A model generated the notes under the pieces. The model was not told the origin of the DNA and did no database searches. It saw nothing but the letters and a program-made list of their open reading frames with translations. A stretch of DNA of 64,000 bases from Octopus bimaculoides. Its lineage: Eukaryota. Numbering within the stretch: position 1 is the stretch's first letter; each line of letters begins with the position of its first letter. Both the position numbers and the translations under genes were made by a program. The stretch lies in assembly GCF_001194135.2 (NCBI RefSeq), contig NC_068987.1, positions 42,072,950 to 42,136,949 of the forward strand, read 5' to 3'. Of this stretch, positions 50,580 through 62,403 are shown in pieces.

Positions 50580-50807
50580 AATTCATCATCATCATTTAAT
50601 GTCCATCTTCCATGCTGGCATGGGTGGGACGGTTTGACAGGAGCCAGTCAGGCAGAAGCCTGCACCAGACTTCTGTGTCTGTTTTGGCCGGGTTTTTACA
50701 ACTAGATGCCCTTCCGTGGAACAAGCACAGGTGAGGTTAGTTTTGGCAAGGTTTTTACAGCTGGATGCCCTTCCAAATGCCAATCACTTTACAGTGTGGA
50801 CTGGATG

Positions 50808-50853
<46 letters not shown>

Positions 50854-50940
50854 TAGTTGGGTTTGACATGCAAACCCATGAACTGAATCAGATGTCAAAG
50901 CAATAATGAGGGTGACTGTCATGTTCTCTCTGAATACCAT
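50580..50940 (-). mobile_element. RTE-tailed repeat family copy with long internal poly(T) (~50807-50852)
   Basis: catcatcatcatttaatgtccatcttccatgctggcatgggtgggacgg tail. Confidence 0.7.
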
Positions 50941-51339
50941 GAGTGAGAGTGCGTGTGCGCGCACACATACACAGTACTGACTCAACCCATTGGTTTCAAC
51001 GATAAGTATTCAAATTGTTTGATCAACTGAACCACCTAGTCATTGATTTATAGTGTAAATGGCTAAGTATTCCATAGACTTATATAGCCTTAATAGTAAA
51101 ATTAATGGGACAGGGTACAGTTCATCCAATGGGCATCCAAAGTAAGAGTTAATACAAGGCCCATGATGCCATAATGTGGAACTGAAGTCAGGGCTTCATG
51201 ATTGCAAAGAAAAATTCTGAACCACTGAGTCATGTCTGTGCATATATTGTAAAGAGGAAAATATAAAATTTTGGAGAAATAAACAAGATAAAAAAGAAAC
51301 CTGAGCATCTAATACAAAGATTTATGAAGTGCTTAGTCA

Positions 51340-51720
51340 GCATGGCGCAAGAAGTAGATAAATTCTGCCACTTGGGTAACATGATTTGTGTTGAGGTAGA
51401 GTTAATAACTCTGTTGGTTTGGATTCAACATGTTTTGATGAAGTTCAGAGATTGATAACATTGAAAAGAAGATTGTATAAGAAGTGCAATAATATACACA
51501 GTGAAATACAGAGGTATACTGAGTGCAGAGAAATGAGTACAATGAGTACAAGAATATGATTAAGATGGAGACATTCATGAGAAATTGCTGTATTGGTATA
51601 GACTCATAATCCAAATGCACAAGCAAAATTCAGGATTTGATAGGGATAAGATGTTTATGTTCAAGTAGGCCTAGAAAGAAGTCATCATATGAAATTTGGG
51701 AATGTCAGCTCTCATGTATG
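51340..51720 (+). mobile_element. Very decayed RTE C-terminal fragment
   Basis: gaagtagataaattctgccacttgggtaacatgatt (EVDKFCHLGNMI). Confidence 0.45.
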
Positions 51721-51909
51721 ATTCAAACAGAGACATGCCACATTCTCTCTCTTTTTTGTATGCAAGTCATGATAGAATAATACATGCACTGATGTGCATA
51801 TGCAACATAAAGAATGTTGAAAATTCATCTAGTTTATACTTGTACACAAATGGTATCAAAATACTATTTCTGGAAAAAATAAAACAAAGGAAAATGTAAA
51901 ATTTCTCAC

Positions 51910-51990
51910 CTTGTACAGATTTACTAACTTTGTTTGTGATTGTAATTCTTGCTGAAACTGGAATTCTGCTTTGATTTGATCATCACGGGC
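51910..51990 (-). CDS. TPR: TPR exon, 81 bp (ARDDQIKAEFQFQQELQSQTKLVNLYK), phase 0/0
   Basis: Acceptor tttgaAG, donor GTGAGA; aligns to human [27 protein letters not shown]. Confidence 0.93.
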
Positions 51991-52569
51991 CTTCAAACAG
52001 AAAACAACATTTAAACAAAAACAAAATAGTCTAAGCAAAACTAACTTAATACAAATTTTCTCACTAGTTTTTCAAACCTTCTACAGACCATATGTACCTT
52101 CGGCAGACACTCAAGTAACTGAGATATCTGCTTCAACCTCCCAAAGACAGACATATAATTGGCAAATGTAGTTCCTACCACATACAAATAACTAACATGT
52201 TACATGAGCAATAATTCCAAAATTAATAGTTTTCATGAGGAACACTGGAAAACTATTCAAACAATGGAGATATAACTATGAGAAGCTATTCAAATAAAAT
52301 GCATAGAGATATTACCATGGGAAGCTTGATATTAATAAAATTGCTTTTTGAAGTTATCTGTTCAGATTTTGTATAGAAATTAGAGCCAGTTCTTAACATT
52401 ACAATGCTTCTTGTAAGATGGAATTTTTGAGGCAGGCTTTTTATAGCTGCATACCCTTCTAGTTGCTAACCCTCATCTGTTAATATTTCCTCATAGCCAG
52501 AAATGTTCCCATGGAAGACAGGAAACTAAAAACTGTTTATATTATGGTGACATTTGCTTATAACTATCC

Positions 52570-52748
52570 AGTCATGTCAAGACAAGGCGATACAAACATG
52601 CATACATATATGACAGGCTTCTTTCAGTTTCTGTCAACCAAATCCATTCGCAAGGTTTTGTTTGGCCTAAGACTATAATAATATGCTTGTTGCAGGTGCC
52701 ACACAGTGGGACCGAACTTACAATCACACAGCCAAACCTACACTTAAT
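52570..52748 (-). mobile_element. SINE family B 5' half
   Basis: acaggcttctttcagtttctgtcaaccaaatccattcgcaagg matches 26017-26060. Confidence 0.8.
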
Positions 52749-52820
52749 AAAGATATTTCTATTCATGCAATATAAAATAAACAATAGGAAGATATTCAAA
52801 CATTATGGAATAAAACTTAC

Positions 52821-52913
52821 ATCTTTGAGTTTTTCATTAAACTCTTCAATCTTTTTTCTCTGTTCATTGTTTACACTCTTCAATGATTCAATATTTTCTT
52901 TCAATAACATTGC
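52821..52913 (-). CDS. TPR: TPR exon, 93 bp (AMLLKENIESLKSVNNEQRKKIEEFNEKLKD), phase 0/0
   Basis: Acceptor gtgaaAG, donor GTAAGT; open coiled-coil frame. Confidence 0.9.
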
Positions 52914-53571
52914 CTTTCACAAGAAATAAGAAAATAATTTTTTAGACACATATGTTTGCAACAGATAAATGCTTTCAACTATCAAATACATAAATATTTC
53001 CATTTTTGATTATAAATTATTAACAGAAATTAAGAAAGGATTTTATATGCACACATTCTGTATAGCTATCTCTATTCACACATATCTATCTACACACACG
53101 CACACGTGTGTGTGTGTGTGTACAGGTTTATATAATTTTCGCCTTTTGTCATCTCCTCTGTGGAGCTTAGCATCCTGAGGCCAGTCTTCACAAATCTCCC
53201 TTTGTCTCCCTCTTCTACAGGTTCCATCCACTTTGAAAACCCCAAATTTCTTTATTTGATTATCATTCTCCATACTCATCACATACCAATTCCATCTCTT
53301 TTCATCACTACATGTAAATTCTCTTCAACCCAGTTTTTTCTTTCATTTATACTCCATTATTCGTATATACTGACATTACACATCCAACAGAGCCTGCTCA
53401 CTTTATTTTCTTTTACGGCCTTCACAAATCCTTGATATTCAAACCTTGCATCATACTACAGTTGGTACTGAAGAACTACACAATATGTCCTTTACTCTCA
53501 CAAAAAAAAAACCTTTTATTAATTTCAATAATTCAAAAAACATATAGTGGCACTCAAATAGTAATATCTAC

Positions 53572-53622
53572 CTCATCAGTTTTCATATCAAGCTCAGATT
53601 GAACTTTGAGCAACTGTGCAGT
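53572..53622 (-). CDS. TPR: TPR exon, 51 bp (TAQLLKVQSELDMKTDE), phase 0/0
   Basis: Acceptor tttgcAG, donor GTAGAT; aligns to human GNEILELKCNLENKKEE. Confidence 0.85.
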
Positions 53623-53729
53623 CTGCAAATAAAAAAAGAAAATCAAATACAGACATCATTAATATTATGCCAACTTGTTCTTTTTGTACGTACCTGTGGT
53701 GTGTGTCACTTACTTCAAAGGAAGAAGTG

Positions 53730-53860
53730 AGTGGCAAAGCAAGAGAGAGGAGGACAGAGGAAGTAAGAGAGAAAGCAAGAGTGAGGGAGATAGAGAGTGA
53801 GAGAAAGAGAGAGAGAGTGAGAGAAAGAGAGAGAGTGAGAGAGAAAGCGGGAGAGTGAAA
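53730..53860. repeat. (GA)-rich low-complexity tract
   Basis: Directly visible. Confidence 0.85.
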
Positions 53861-54074
53861 GAGACAATGAGTGGTGACAGCATTCGTTTTGTGTTTTTAA
53901 ATGTTTATCACATTGCAAGTAGTTACATAGATACTCATTAAATTAAAAGTGGGAGAGAGGAGGGACAGAGGAAGTGAGAGAGACAGTAGATATATAAATC
54001 GAAAGAGAAGTTGATACATAGCTAAAGAGACAGTAAATATTGGATGTCCCTTTCATTTTTCATTACCACACAAG

Positions 54075-54690
54075 GATAAAATTAACTTGCAAGTGGCTGA
54101 GTACTCCACAGACAAGCATATCATTAACGTAGTTCTCAGGGAGATTGAGCCTCACACAGAATATGGTAAGGCTGGCCCCTTTGAATTACAGCTACAACTC
54201 ATTTTGGCCAGCTGAATGGACTGGAGCAAGATAAATCTTCAAGTGGTTAGAAGAAAACGAAAAAAAGATCCTATATAGGGGCAGGAAAATCTTTTTAGTC
54301 ATTAGGGTCACTATGGGTGTTAATCTGGTCCTAACAGCAGCATTTATGGGTCTCAAAGATCTAGAGGCCAAGTCCCCAAATAAACACCCATGTGCAGGCT
54401 GTTGTTATCAAACTAAGCGGGAGTCGAGGACGAAGACACAATAGAATAGCAATTATTTTGTCTTAACTTTCATAGCCTATACTAAACACGAAACATTTTT
54501 GCCTGATGATATGGAACATTTCCTTTTTTTTTCACTCTTTTTTAAAAAATGACACTGTCAGTTATGACAAGGTTCCTGTTTATCTGATCAATGGAACAAT
54601 CTGCTTGTGAAATTAATGCGCAAGTGGCTAAGTACTCCACACATGCATACCATAAGGTAGTTCTCGGGGAGATTCAGCCTCACACATGAC
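54075..54690 (+). mobile_element. Two partial copies of a third SINE-like repeat (54075-54235, 54560-54690)
   Basis: aaattaa..gcaagtggct.agtactccaca...gtagttctc.gggagatt.agcctcacaca shared. Confidence 0.6.
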
Positions 54691-55147
54691 TAAAAGAATA
54701 AAAGAATACTGGAAGAACATTCCATACCGTGAAACCAAGAAGGTTCTTTGAATATGTACAATGTATATTAAGGCTAAATAGTAATTGTTTACATTTGTGT
54801 AACTGATATTTTGGTTGGATTATACAGTTAACAGTTCAATACTTCTTTCTATATTCTGTAACTGTCACAATATAGAAACATTTCTCATGGCACCAGCACA
54901 CAATTTACAGATGCTTACACTTTTTATTTCGTTTTTGGTTTTGGTTTGCAAGATTCTTTATGTGAGTTCATGTGTTGAAGCATATTCTGTTGTCTGGGGA
55001 AAGTCATTCTCTTTTAGTGCCTTATAATTTAACACACTCACTAGTAAAATTTCCACTTATTTTTTATTTTTCTAAAATTTTCGTAGTGAATTTTTCACAG
55101 GTCCAGCTAGTCATTATTATTATTCTTGTTGTCATCATTATTATTAA

Positions 55148-55214
55148 GGTGGCAAGTTGGCAGAAGTGTCAGCTCACCGGGCAAAATGGTTAGCAGCATT
55201 TCACCCGTCTTTAC
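55148..55214 (+). mobile_element. SINE family A 5' head, truncated by N-gap
   Basis: ggtggcaagttggcagaagtgtcagctcaccgggcaaaatggttagcagcatttc, preceded by (ATT)n. Confidence 0.7.
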
Positions 55215-55666
55215 NNNNNNNNNNNNNNNNNNNNNNNNNNNNNNNNNNNNNNNNNNNNNNNNNNNNNNNNNNNNNNNNNNNNNNNNNNNNNNNNNNNNNN
55301 NNNNNNNNNNNNNNNNNNNNNNNNNNNNNNNNNNNNNNNNNNNNNNNNNNNNNNNNNNNNNNNNNNNNNNNNNNNNNNNNNNNNNNNNNNNNNNNNNNNN
55401 NNNNNNNNNNNNNNNNNNNNNNNNNNNNNNNNNNNNNNNNNNNNNNNNNNNNNNNNNNNNNNNNNNNNNNNNNNNNNNNNNNNNNNNNNNNNNNNNNNNN
55501 NNNNNNNNNNNNNNNNNNNNNNNNNNNNNNNNNNNNNNNNNNNNNNNNNNNNNNNNNNNNNNNNNNNNNNNNNNNNNNNNNNNNNNNNNNNNNNNNNNNN
55601 NNNNNNNNNNNNNNNNNNNNNNNNNNNNNNNNNNNNNNNNNNNNNNNNNNNNNNNNNNNNNNNNNN

Positions 55667-55705
55667 CAGTTGCTTAATCTCTTCAGAAAATCTTTCTTTT
55701 TGGTA
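55667..55705 (-). CDS. TPR: TPR exon, visible 5' part only (YQKERFSEEIKQL...); remainder in N-gap, predicted ~114 bp (to ~55592)
   Basis: Acceptor ttcttAG then TAC CAA AAA GAA AGA; aligns to human YREKRLEQEKELL; donor hidden in gap 55215-55666. Confidence 0.75.
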
Positions 55706-58139
55706 CTAAGAATATAAAGAAATTAATGCAAAAGAATAAATTAAAGTATAAAAAATAAACAAAACAAGAATGGTATTTTCAATGTATATTCATATATTTG
55801 TGAGTCTATGTGTATATATGAATTTTATATATATATAAATAATTCATATATACACATGTATATATATGTATGTATATATATATATATATACACATATATA
55901 TATATATATACACACCAATGAAAAGACATGGAAAATTCTTTAACACATCTTTAATTATAAGTATACACACACACAGAGTCAGTTCTATTACACAATTCCA
56001 ATTTTATTCAGCTTAAGCAGCATTACTACAAACCAGTATGTTGTTTACATGCTGCTTCTATATACTCCAGACTGGCTGATTTGGAAGGGACACAAACTCA
56101 TGACATTGAAAAGCAGTGAAATGTGCATCTGTTGCTCTCATCAACACTTTCAGAGCAATTTCGTTTCACCAAGCATGGAAGTATATTGTGTTTCTTGACA
56201 CAACTCATCATTTCTCGAGACAAAAGTTCCTGCCATATTGGCTTCCAGGAACTACTAAGTCATTTTCAGCTCGCAGATCCATATAAGATGAAACACCCAA
56301 ACGCTCCATTGTGGACATGGTCAAGTGGCAATGGGTCTTCCAGGTCGTACATAGATAAGATTTTAATTAGGAAAGCAGATAAGAATATAGCTAAGTGTCC
56401 ACAGTTTTATCCAGTCAGCTACAGTGATCATAAGACGGTCACTTGTGAGTTGAACCTAGATAAGGTATATAGTCAAGGATCTGGCTACTGGAAACTCCTT
56501 CTCGCGATTGAGGAGTACATAAAGTGGATTAAGTTGTTAATACAGAGGGCATTAACAGGAGCCATCATTAATAACAAATGGTGGTATGCCCTCAAATGAG
56601 CCGTTAAATTCAAGTCTATTCGATATAACATAAGTTTAGTGGCTAGTGAACGTAAGCAGGAACAGGGTTTAGTTAAGGCTTTAGAGGAAGCCATAAGGAC
56701 TGGCAGTGCAACCCAGGTGAAGAAACTGAAACTAAACCAAGCACATGGAGTGCATTGTCAGGGCTAGACTACGTGCAGTGGGTTGCAAGGAAATCAAGGC
56801 CGCTGGATGGGCCCAAGTGGTGGAAACCCAACATGGAAATCATTCCACAGTTCGATCTTTGATAAACAAACCCGAGAAGATGTGTGAGGCCTTGCAGGAG
56901 CACTTCGTCCAGCTTCTTGGGGGAGAGTGATGGACCAGATAATAGGAGGGACCCAACGGAATTCTTCACTGGGTTGCTGTCCCTCTCGGGGCAGGATACA
57001 GTCTTCTGAAGGGCCGATCACACCTGAGGAGGTAACTGAGGCAGACTGTGGTGAAGGTAAATCACTGGGACTGGATGGTCTACCCTACGAGTTGTATAAG
57101 AGTATGCAGGACTGCTGGCCAGTGTGTACACGAACTGGCAACAGAATGGGTTAATTCCCAAATCTGTACGCCGGGGAGTGGTGACACTGATCAAAAGGAC
57201 CCAGAGAAGTGGGATTGTATAAATAATTTCCAGCCCATCACTCTACTAAATATAGAGTTGAAGATTTTGGCCAAGGTGCTAGCAAAAAGGTTGGCACATG
57301 TTGCAGATGGTCTGATCAAGGAGGCACTGACATGTGCCATTCCCGGCAGAAGAATTCAGGACAATCTCCACCTTCTATGCTACACCTTAGAGGGGTTTGA
57401 GAGTAATTCCAGCAAGGGTGGGGCAGTGGTCCATCTAGACCAAGCTAAGGCTTTCGATAGGGTTGACCATCATTACCTGGTGTCTGTTCTTGCACAGTTT
57501 GGCCTAGGTCTTAACTCAATCGTTCGGGTGAACGGTTTTCTGTCAAAACCGTTCTGAATCAAACACTCGGTTCACCAAGTGTGTCCACTCTCACCACTTT
57601 TGTATGTGATGGCTCTTGAGCCGCTACTGCGAAAGTTGAGTGGCATCCCAAGAGGGCCAGGCAGTGGAGAGCTGGTTTCAGCTTATGCAGATAACATCAC
57701 CATTGTCGTGACCAAAATGGTACACCTACAGAGGGTAGGAAAGGCCATTGAGGTTTACAAGACAGTGGCAGGTACAAAGACTAATCAGGATAAGTCAGTT
57801 GCCTTGCGACTCGGCACCTAAACGGGCAAGTCGTTGCCTCCAGACAGCGTCATGGGACGTTGGACATAGGGCCCGGTTAAGTTGCTAGGAGTCTGGTTTG
57901 GCCCAAATCTCCAGGTAGAAAAGAACTGGGCTGAGGTTTTGATTAGGGTGGACCACATAGCCAAGACCTGGTCTGGGTGGTGGCTATCCCTGAAAGGGAG
58001 GGCAGAGGTGACCAATGTGTTCATCGCATTGGTCATCACTTACCGCCTAACCGTCATTCCTTGCCCAGATTCGTGGTTGACCAAGTTGGAAAGACAGCTC
58101 TTTCGCTTTTTGTGGAAGGGCTCAAAACCACTTGTGAGG

Positions 58140-58388
58140 TGAAGTGGTTAAGAGCGCGGACTACTAACGCCAAGATTCCGAGTTCAATTCCAAGCAGTGA
58201 CCTGAATGATAATAATAATAATAGTAATAATAACAATAACATCGAAAAATACCTAAGAAATGAGAACCCAGGTTCGAAATTTCCATAAGACGCCTGATGA
58301 AGGCTGGAAGGTATATCAGCTGAAACGTCATGTTAACAATGAACAAGATGAGGACAAATATCTGTCAAATGTAAATTATGTAAATAAT
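58140..58388 (+). mobile_element. tRNA-headed SINE: tRNA-like head + (AAT)n + hammerhead-containing tail
   Basis: A box AGTGGTTAAG (58143-58152); B box GAGTTCAATTC (58180-58190); (AAT)n 58205-58240; splits host LINE frame between ..KPLVR and SICCQK.. Confidence 0.85.
58289..58334 (+). ncRNA. Minimal type-I hammerhead ribozyme motif (Penelope type), near-intact
   Basis: GACGC-CTGATGA-A-GGCTG[GAAGGTATAT]CAGCT-GAAA-C-GTC-ATGTT; 5-bp stem II, palindromic ACGT stem III, stem I with one mismatch. Confidence 0.7.
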
Positions 58389-59784
58389 GTTCTATCTGCT
58401 GTCAAAAACTGTAAAAGGGAGGACTAGGGATGCCTTGGATGTTGATGCGCAAACATGCACTGAGGTTGAGGCATCTTTGGCTCCTCCTGGATAGTGAATG
58501 GGTGTGGTCACCACTGGCGAAACGGATGTTTCCCACATTCACTAAGTTTCGGTGAACAGGAAGCCTGGTGCTATCAAAGATCTAAGTTGGGTACATAGTG
58601 TACGGAGTGTCGCAAGGCACTCCTGCTATTCCGTTCCTTGGGCAATGCCAGCAGTGGTAGTTCAACCGCATCTTTCTATAGTGGTTTGGTAGAGGATGGA
58701 TGTAACAATACCCTGGGGGTGACCCTGGGTTTTGAGGATAATCAACTAGACAGTCTGTTCCAACATACATTTGGGCCGAAGACACTGGATCATTTCCAAA
58801 AGTCTTTGGCCTGACAATGCTACTGAGGAGACTTGCCTGTTTGGGATAAGATTGCAAGACACTATCAATGCGACACACCGATCTGTCCAAGATGCAGGCA
58901 GGAATGAGTAACTGTCCTGCATGCTATTGTTCAGTGCTCAGAGATGTTGGAAGTGTGGACTTATGCGGAACATATGTTGTCTGATACAGGAAGAGAACAG
59001 CTATCAACTGAGTCAATTTTAAAAATTCACCCACCGTATTTCCTGATGAAAGAAGGTAAGAAATGTTTCCTCATAGTAGTCGCAATCGCGAAAGAGGCAC
59101 TATGGAAGATGAGAATGAAAGGAGTAATGACAGGCAGCTTCACCTCTGGCCTCAGTCTGCAAAGATATTTCACTTTTCATTTGAAAAGGAAAGTGAGGCC
59201 TGTCAGAGAAAATGTTTCATGATAGATGGAAGTATGTGGTATGAGTGTAACCATGTGAACATGACAAAGATCTATCACCGGTATCAGTGGTGGATTGGGG
59301 CTCGTGGGGTCAGGAGCTTTATTCAACCTTCACTCCACTTGATCTGTATATCATCCGTGTATATATTTTGTATTTAATTTTTAATCGCATCTTAATGTTA
59401 TATCATATGTGTTCATCTGACCTCAAAATCAGATTGCGTTGTCCCCTAGTGGGCAATAAAAAAAATCAATGTATCAAGAATGTAATTTTATGAGGTTACC
59501 TTTCCTGATAAAGGGGACATTGTCCACAAGGTTTGTAAGATTTATTAATATTTCTACCAGGACATGAGCTCTAGAAACGGGCATTGAAAGTGAACCTCCT
59601 CGAACTGTATTATATACCTTATATACCATTTTATTTTTTTGAAATCACACCAAACTCTATGGATCTTTTAATTGAAACTCTTAACTGCTCTTAACTTCAG
59701 TACAAAAAGTTTTTGCACTCCTCTTTTTCTCACACTTCCTTTCATACATATCCCACATAGATTTTATTTACATGTATTTTTTTA

Positions 59785-59819
<35 letters not shown>

Positions 59820-60448
59820 GTAAAAATTAACACTTCCTTCTCCAAGTCAAGATTCGCTGCCACGATCCTTATAAATTCAGTGGTCAACAAGACAGAGAGA
59901 AGAGAAGGGCCTAGCCAGCGAATGAGAAAGTTCTACAAGAGCTTTTCGCATAGACCCAGAGCAATGTTCGAAGTTCCACAGTAGACTACTGTATCAGATG
60001 AACTACGTACACACACACACAAACATATATTTGTTGCTGACATATCAGTTCCACAGATGTACTCTGTTTCTATTTCTAGCAACTGTAGCAGTTATCAACA
60101 TTTTGCATGTAGTGAAGAATTGTGTACCAACCATAAATTAAGTCCAGTGAATAAATTATTTTAATCATGAATCAATTCACGCATTTCAAGTTGAATTTAT
60201 AAATATATGAGTATGATTGCCTAATTTGAGTTTATATCATATATGCTTTCCTGAAACTTAGTACAGTAAAGTGACTGCAAATGGGAATCAAAGCTAGCTT
60301 ACCAAGAACTGATGACAATTTGAGGGACATTTTTGAAAGGAACTGGAGAAAATATAATTGTCAAAAGTAAATTTTAAAATTAATATGATGTTAAAGAAAT
60401 AAAAAGGTGGGAGGGAGGAGACACGAAAAGACAGAAAAGTTAGTTCAC

Positions 60449-60552
60449 CTTAGCAATAATGTCGTTACTGTGGAATTCTTCAACTTTTGCAAGAGCTTCT
60501 GATTTAGCTCGATTAGCTTCAGAGAATTTCTCTGATAATTCTTTACACTCTT
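60449..60552 (-). CDS. TPR: TPR exon, 104 bp (EECKELSEKFSEANRAKSEALAKVEEFHSNDIIAK), phase 1/0
   Basis: Acceptor tttcAG, donor GTGAAC; frame continues from previous exon. Confidence 0.92.
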
Positions 60553-62403
60553 CTGAAATATAACACAGGTTTTTATGTTTAAAATAATTACAATTTCCAA
60601 AGAGAAATTTAAATGCAATTTTCTTATAAGCATACACATTCCTTGAAGTAATGCTCTACAAAGATTTCACTTTGCAAAGAAATAAACTTCGCAGTGGAAG
60701 CTGTTTACTGAGATCACTGTGGGACAAAGTCTTTTCATTAACAACTGGCTGATGGCATTAAACAGATGAACATTTAAGCATTATGAGACTATTCGTGACC
60801 TGTTGGATCACTGAGTTTCCCAGCAACGAAGTTTTGTTTTGTGGGGAGTTTTTTCCAGGTTATTTCGCATGCTTTCAACAAATGTGACATCAAAATCACA
60901 CGTAAACAGCTCCTTTCCCCAGGAAAGGAAAGATTTGGCTGCTATTTCTTGCATACCCTGCTACCACTTAACATATTTCGGGTCCTTTATTGCAAATAGC
61001 TGTTACGTGGTAGCAAGGCATGCTACAAATAGCTGCCAAATCTTTGGAGGTGAGATACGTTGAATGCACTTGAAAAAAACCTATGGCAAAAAACTTTCAC
61101 ACCGAAGTTACAAACAAAATATTTACCGTATTTTTAAAGTCATTTTCACTTTGAAATATTTTTCAAATATGCCAAAAAAAATTTTTTGTAATGGTATTCC
61201 CTTGAAAATAATTTTAAAAAGCATCAAAATATAAATACTTACTGCACAAACAACTTACATTTTTGAAATCACATTCACTTAAAAATATTTCTATATGATT
61301 AAAATAATGTGTTTAACAAAAGTGAAAACAGAAACATTTACAGTAAAAAACAAATCTTATTTTTCGTTGTCAAGTCACTGTCTTATCAAAAGATAAGAGT
61401 TTCTTCACTTTCGGGATTAAGATTATTTTCAGAATATTTTCCCATTATGCACTATTTTAGGTATTTATACCCCATAAACCTCTAATATCTCAAAAACCAC
61501 TTGTACAATTTACACAAAACTTGTTTTATTCCGTTTGTATTAACATTTCAGGGTAAACTTAATTCGTAATATTTTCCCATTGTGCACCAGTTAGGTTGTG
61601 TAGCATTGTAAGCAAGCAAGCAAGATTCAAACTGACTTTTAATATTTTATACATTTAAGCAATATGACAGCAATAATCATGAAAAAGACTCTCAGTTAGT
61701 TGAGGTCTTTTGGAGGCTCTTATGACTGAAGAAGTTTGGGAGTTTATATAATTGGATTAAAGTTATTGTAATCTAAATTTCTGGAAATAGAATAAAGTAC
61801 TTCAAGACTGATAAGGATCAGAAGAGTAATGATTAGACAGAATGTTTGCCATGAAGTGTTGGGGACATGTGTTTGCATTGAAGAGTTTTATTAGGATGTG
61901 AGAAAAGTTTGGAATTAATAAGTTTCAAGAAAAAGCTTACTCATTAGGCAAATACAATTTTTTTCCCCCTCAATTTATCAGTACTAAGTCTTACATCCTG
62001 TAGACTCTAAGAAATTGATGTCCTAATTGAGAGGAAAATATATTTCTCATTTAGTCAACATAAAGCTGGAGCAAATATACAGCTCCAGAGTTACTGTTTA
62101 GCAGATATGAAATGTAAGAAATATAATGGTTGTAGGGGAAAGGTGTTAACCCCTAAACTGCTAACTACATGGTCACAAGTTCAAAGCCATTGAATTTACG
62201 CCTGAGCATGGCACACAACTCTATAAGCTAAGTTACAGGTTTACCTGACTGGAAAAAAGAAAATAGATTCTATTCTAAGTAATAAGAAGAGCAATAAAAG
62301 ATAGGATTTCTTCTTTGTTTGTTTTACTTATTGTAGCTGCAAAAAAAACTGTCATCTGAACAAATATTTATTTTATGTATGAATACAATATATTGAAACT
62401 TAC

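Larger units (their letters stand above)
56200..59466 (+). mobile_element. L1/Tx1-clade LINE, 5'-truncated, decayed ORF2, polyA-ended; interrupted by a SINE at 58140-58388
   Basis: SRSYIDKI..SDHK..GYWKL (APE end); SLGLDGLPYELY; FQPITLLNIELKILAK; DQAKAFDRVDH; CPLSPLLY..EPL; SAYADNIT; C-terminal CPR..ETVLHAIVQC; gggcaataaaaaaaa. Confidence 0.9.

Noticed and set aside
58140-58203. Functional tRNA gene
   Set aside because: No acceptor stem and imperfect arms; it is the head of a SINE.
60309-60340. Another CTGATGA...GAAA pair
   Set aside because: No stem II pairing and no stem III or NUH triplet. Other CTGATGA hits (e.g. 12651, 13354 and minus strand near 29654) are in RTE coding sequence or lack GAAA.
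60640-61600. Possible DNA-transposon internal sequence
   Set aside because: No TIRs, TSD or transposase motif recognised.
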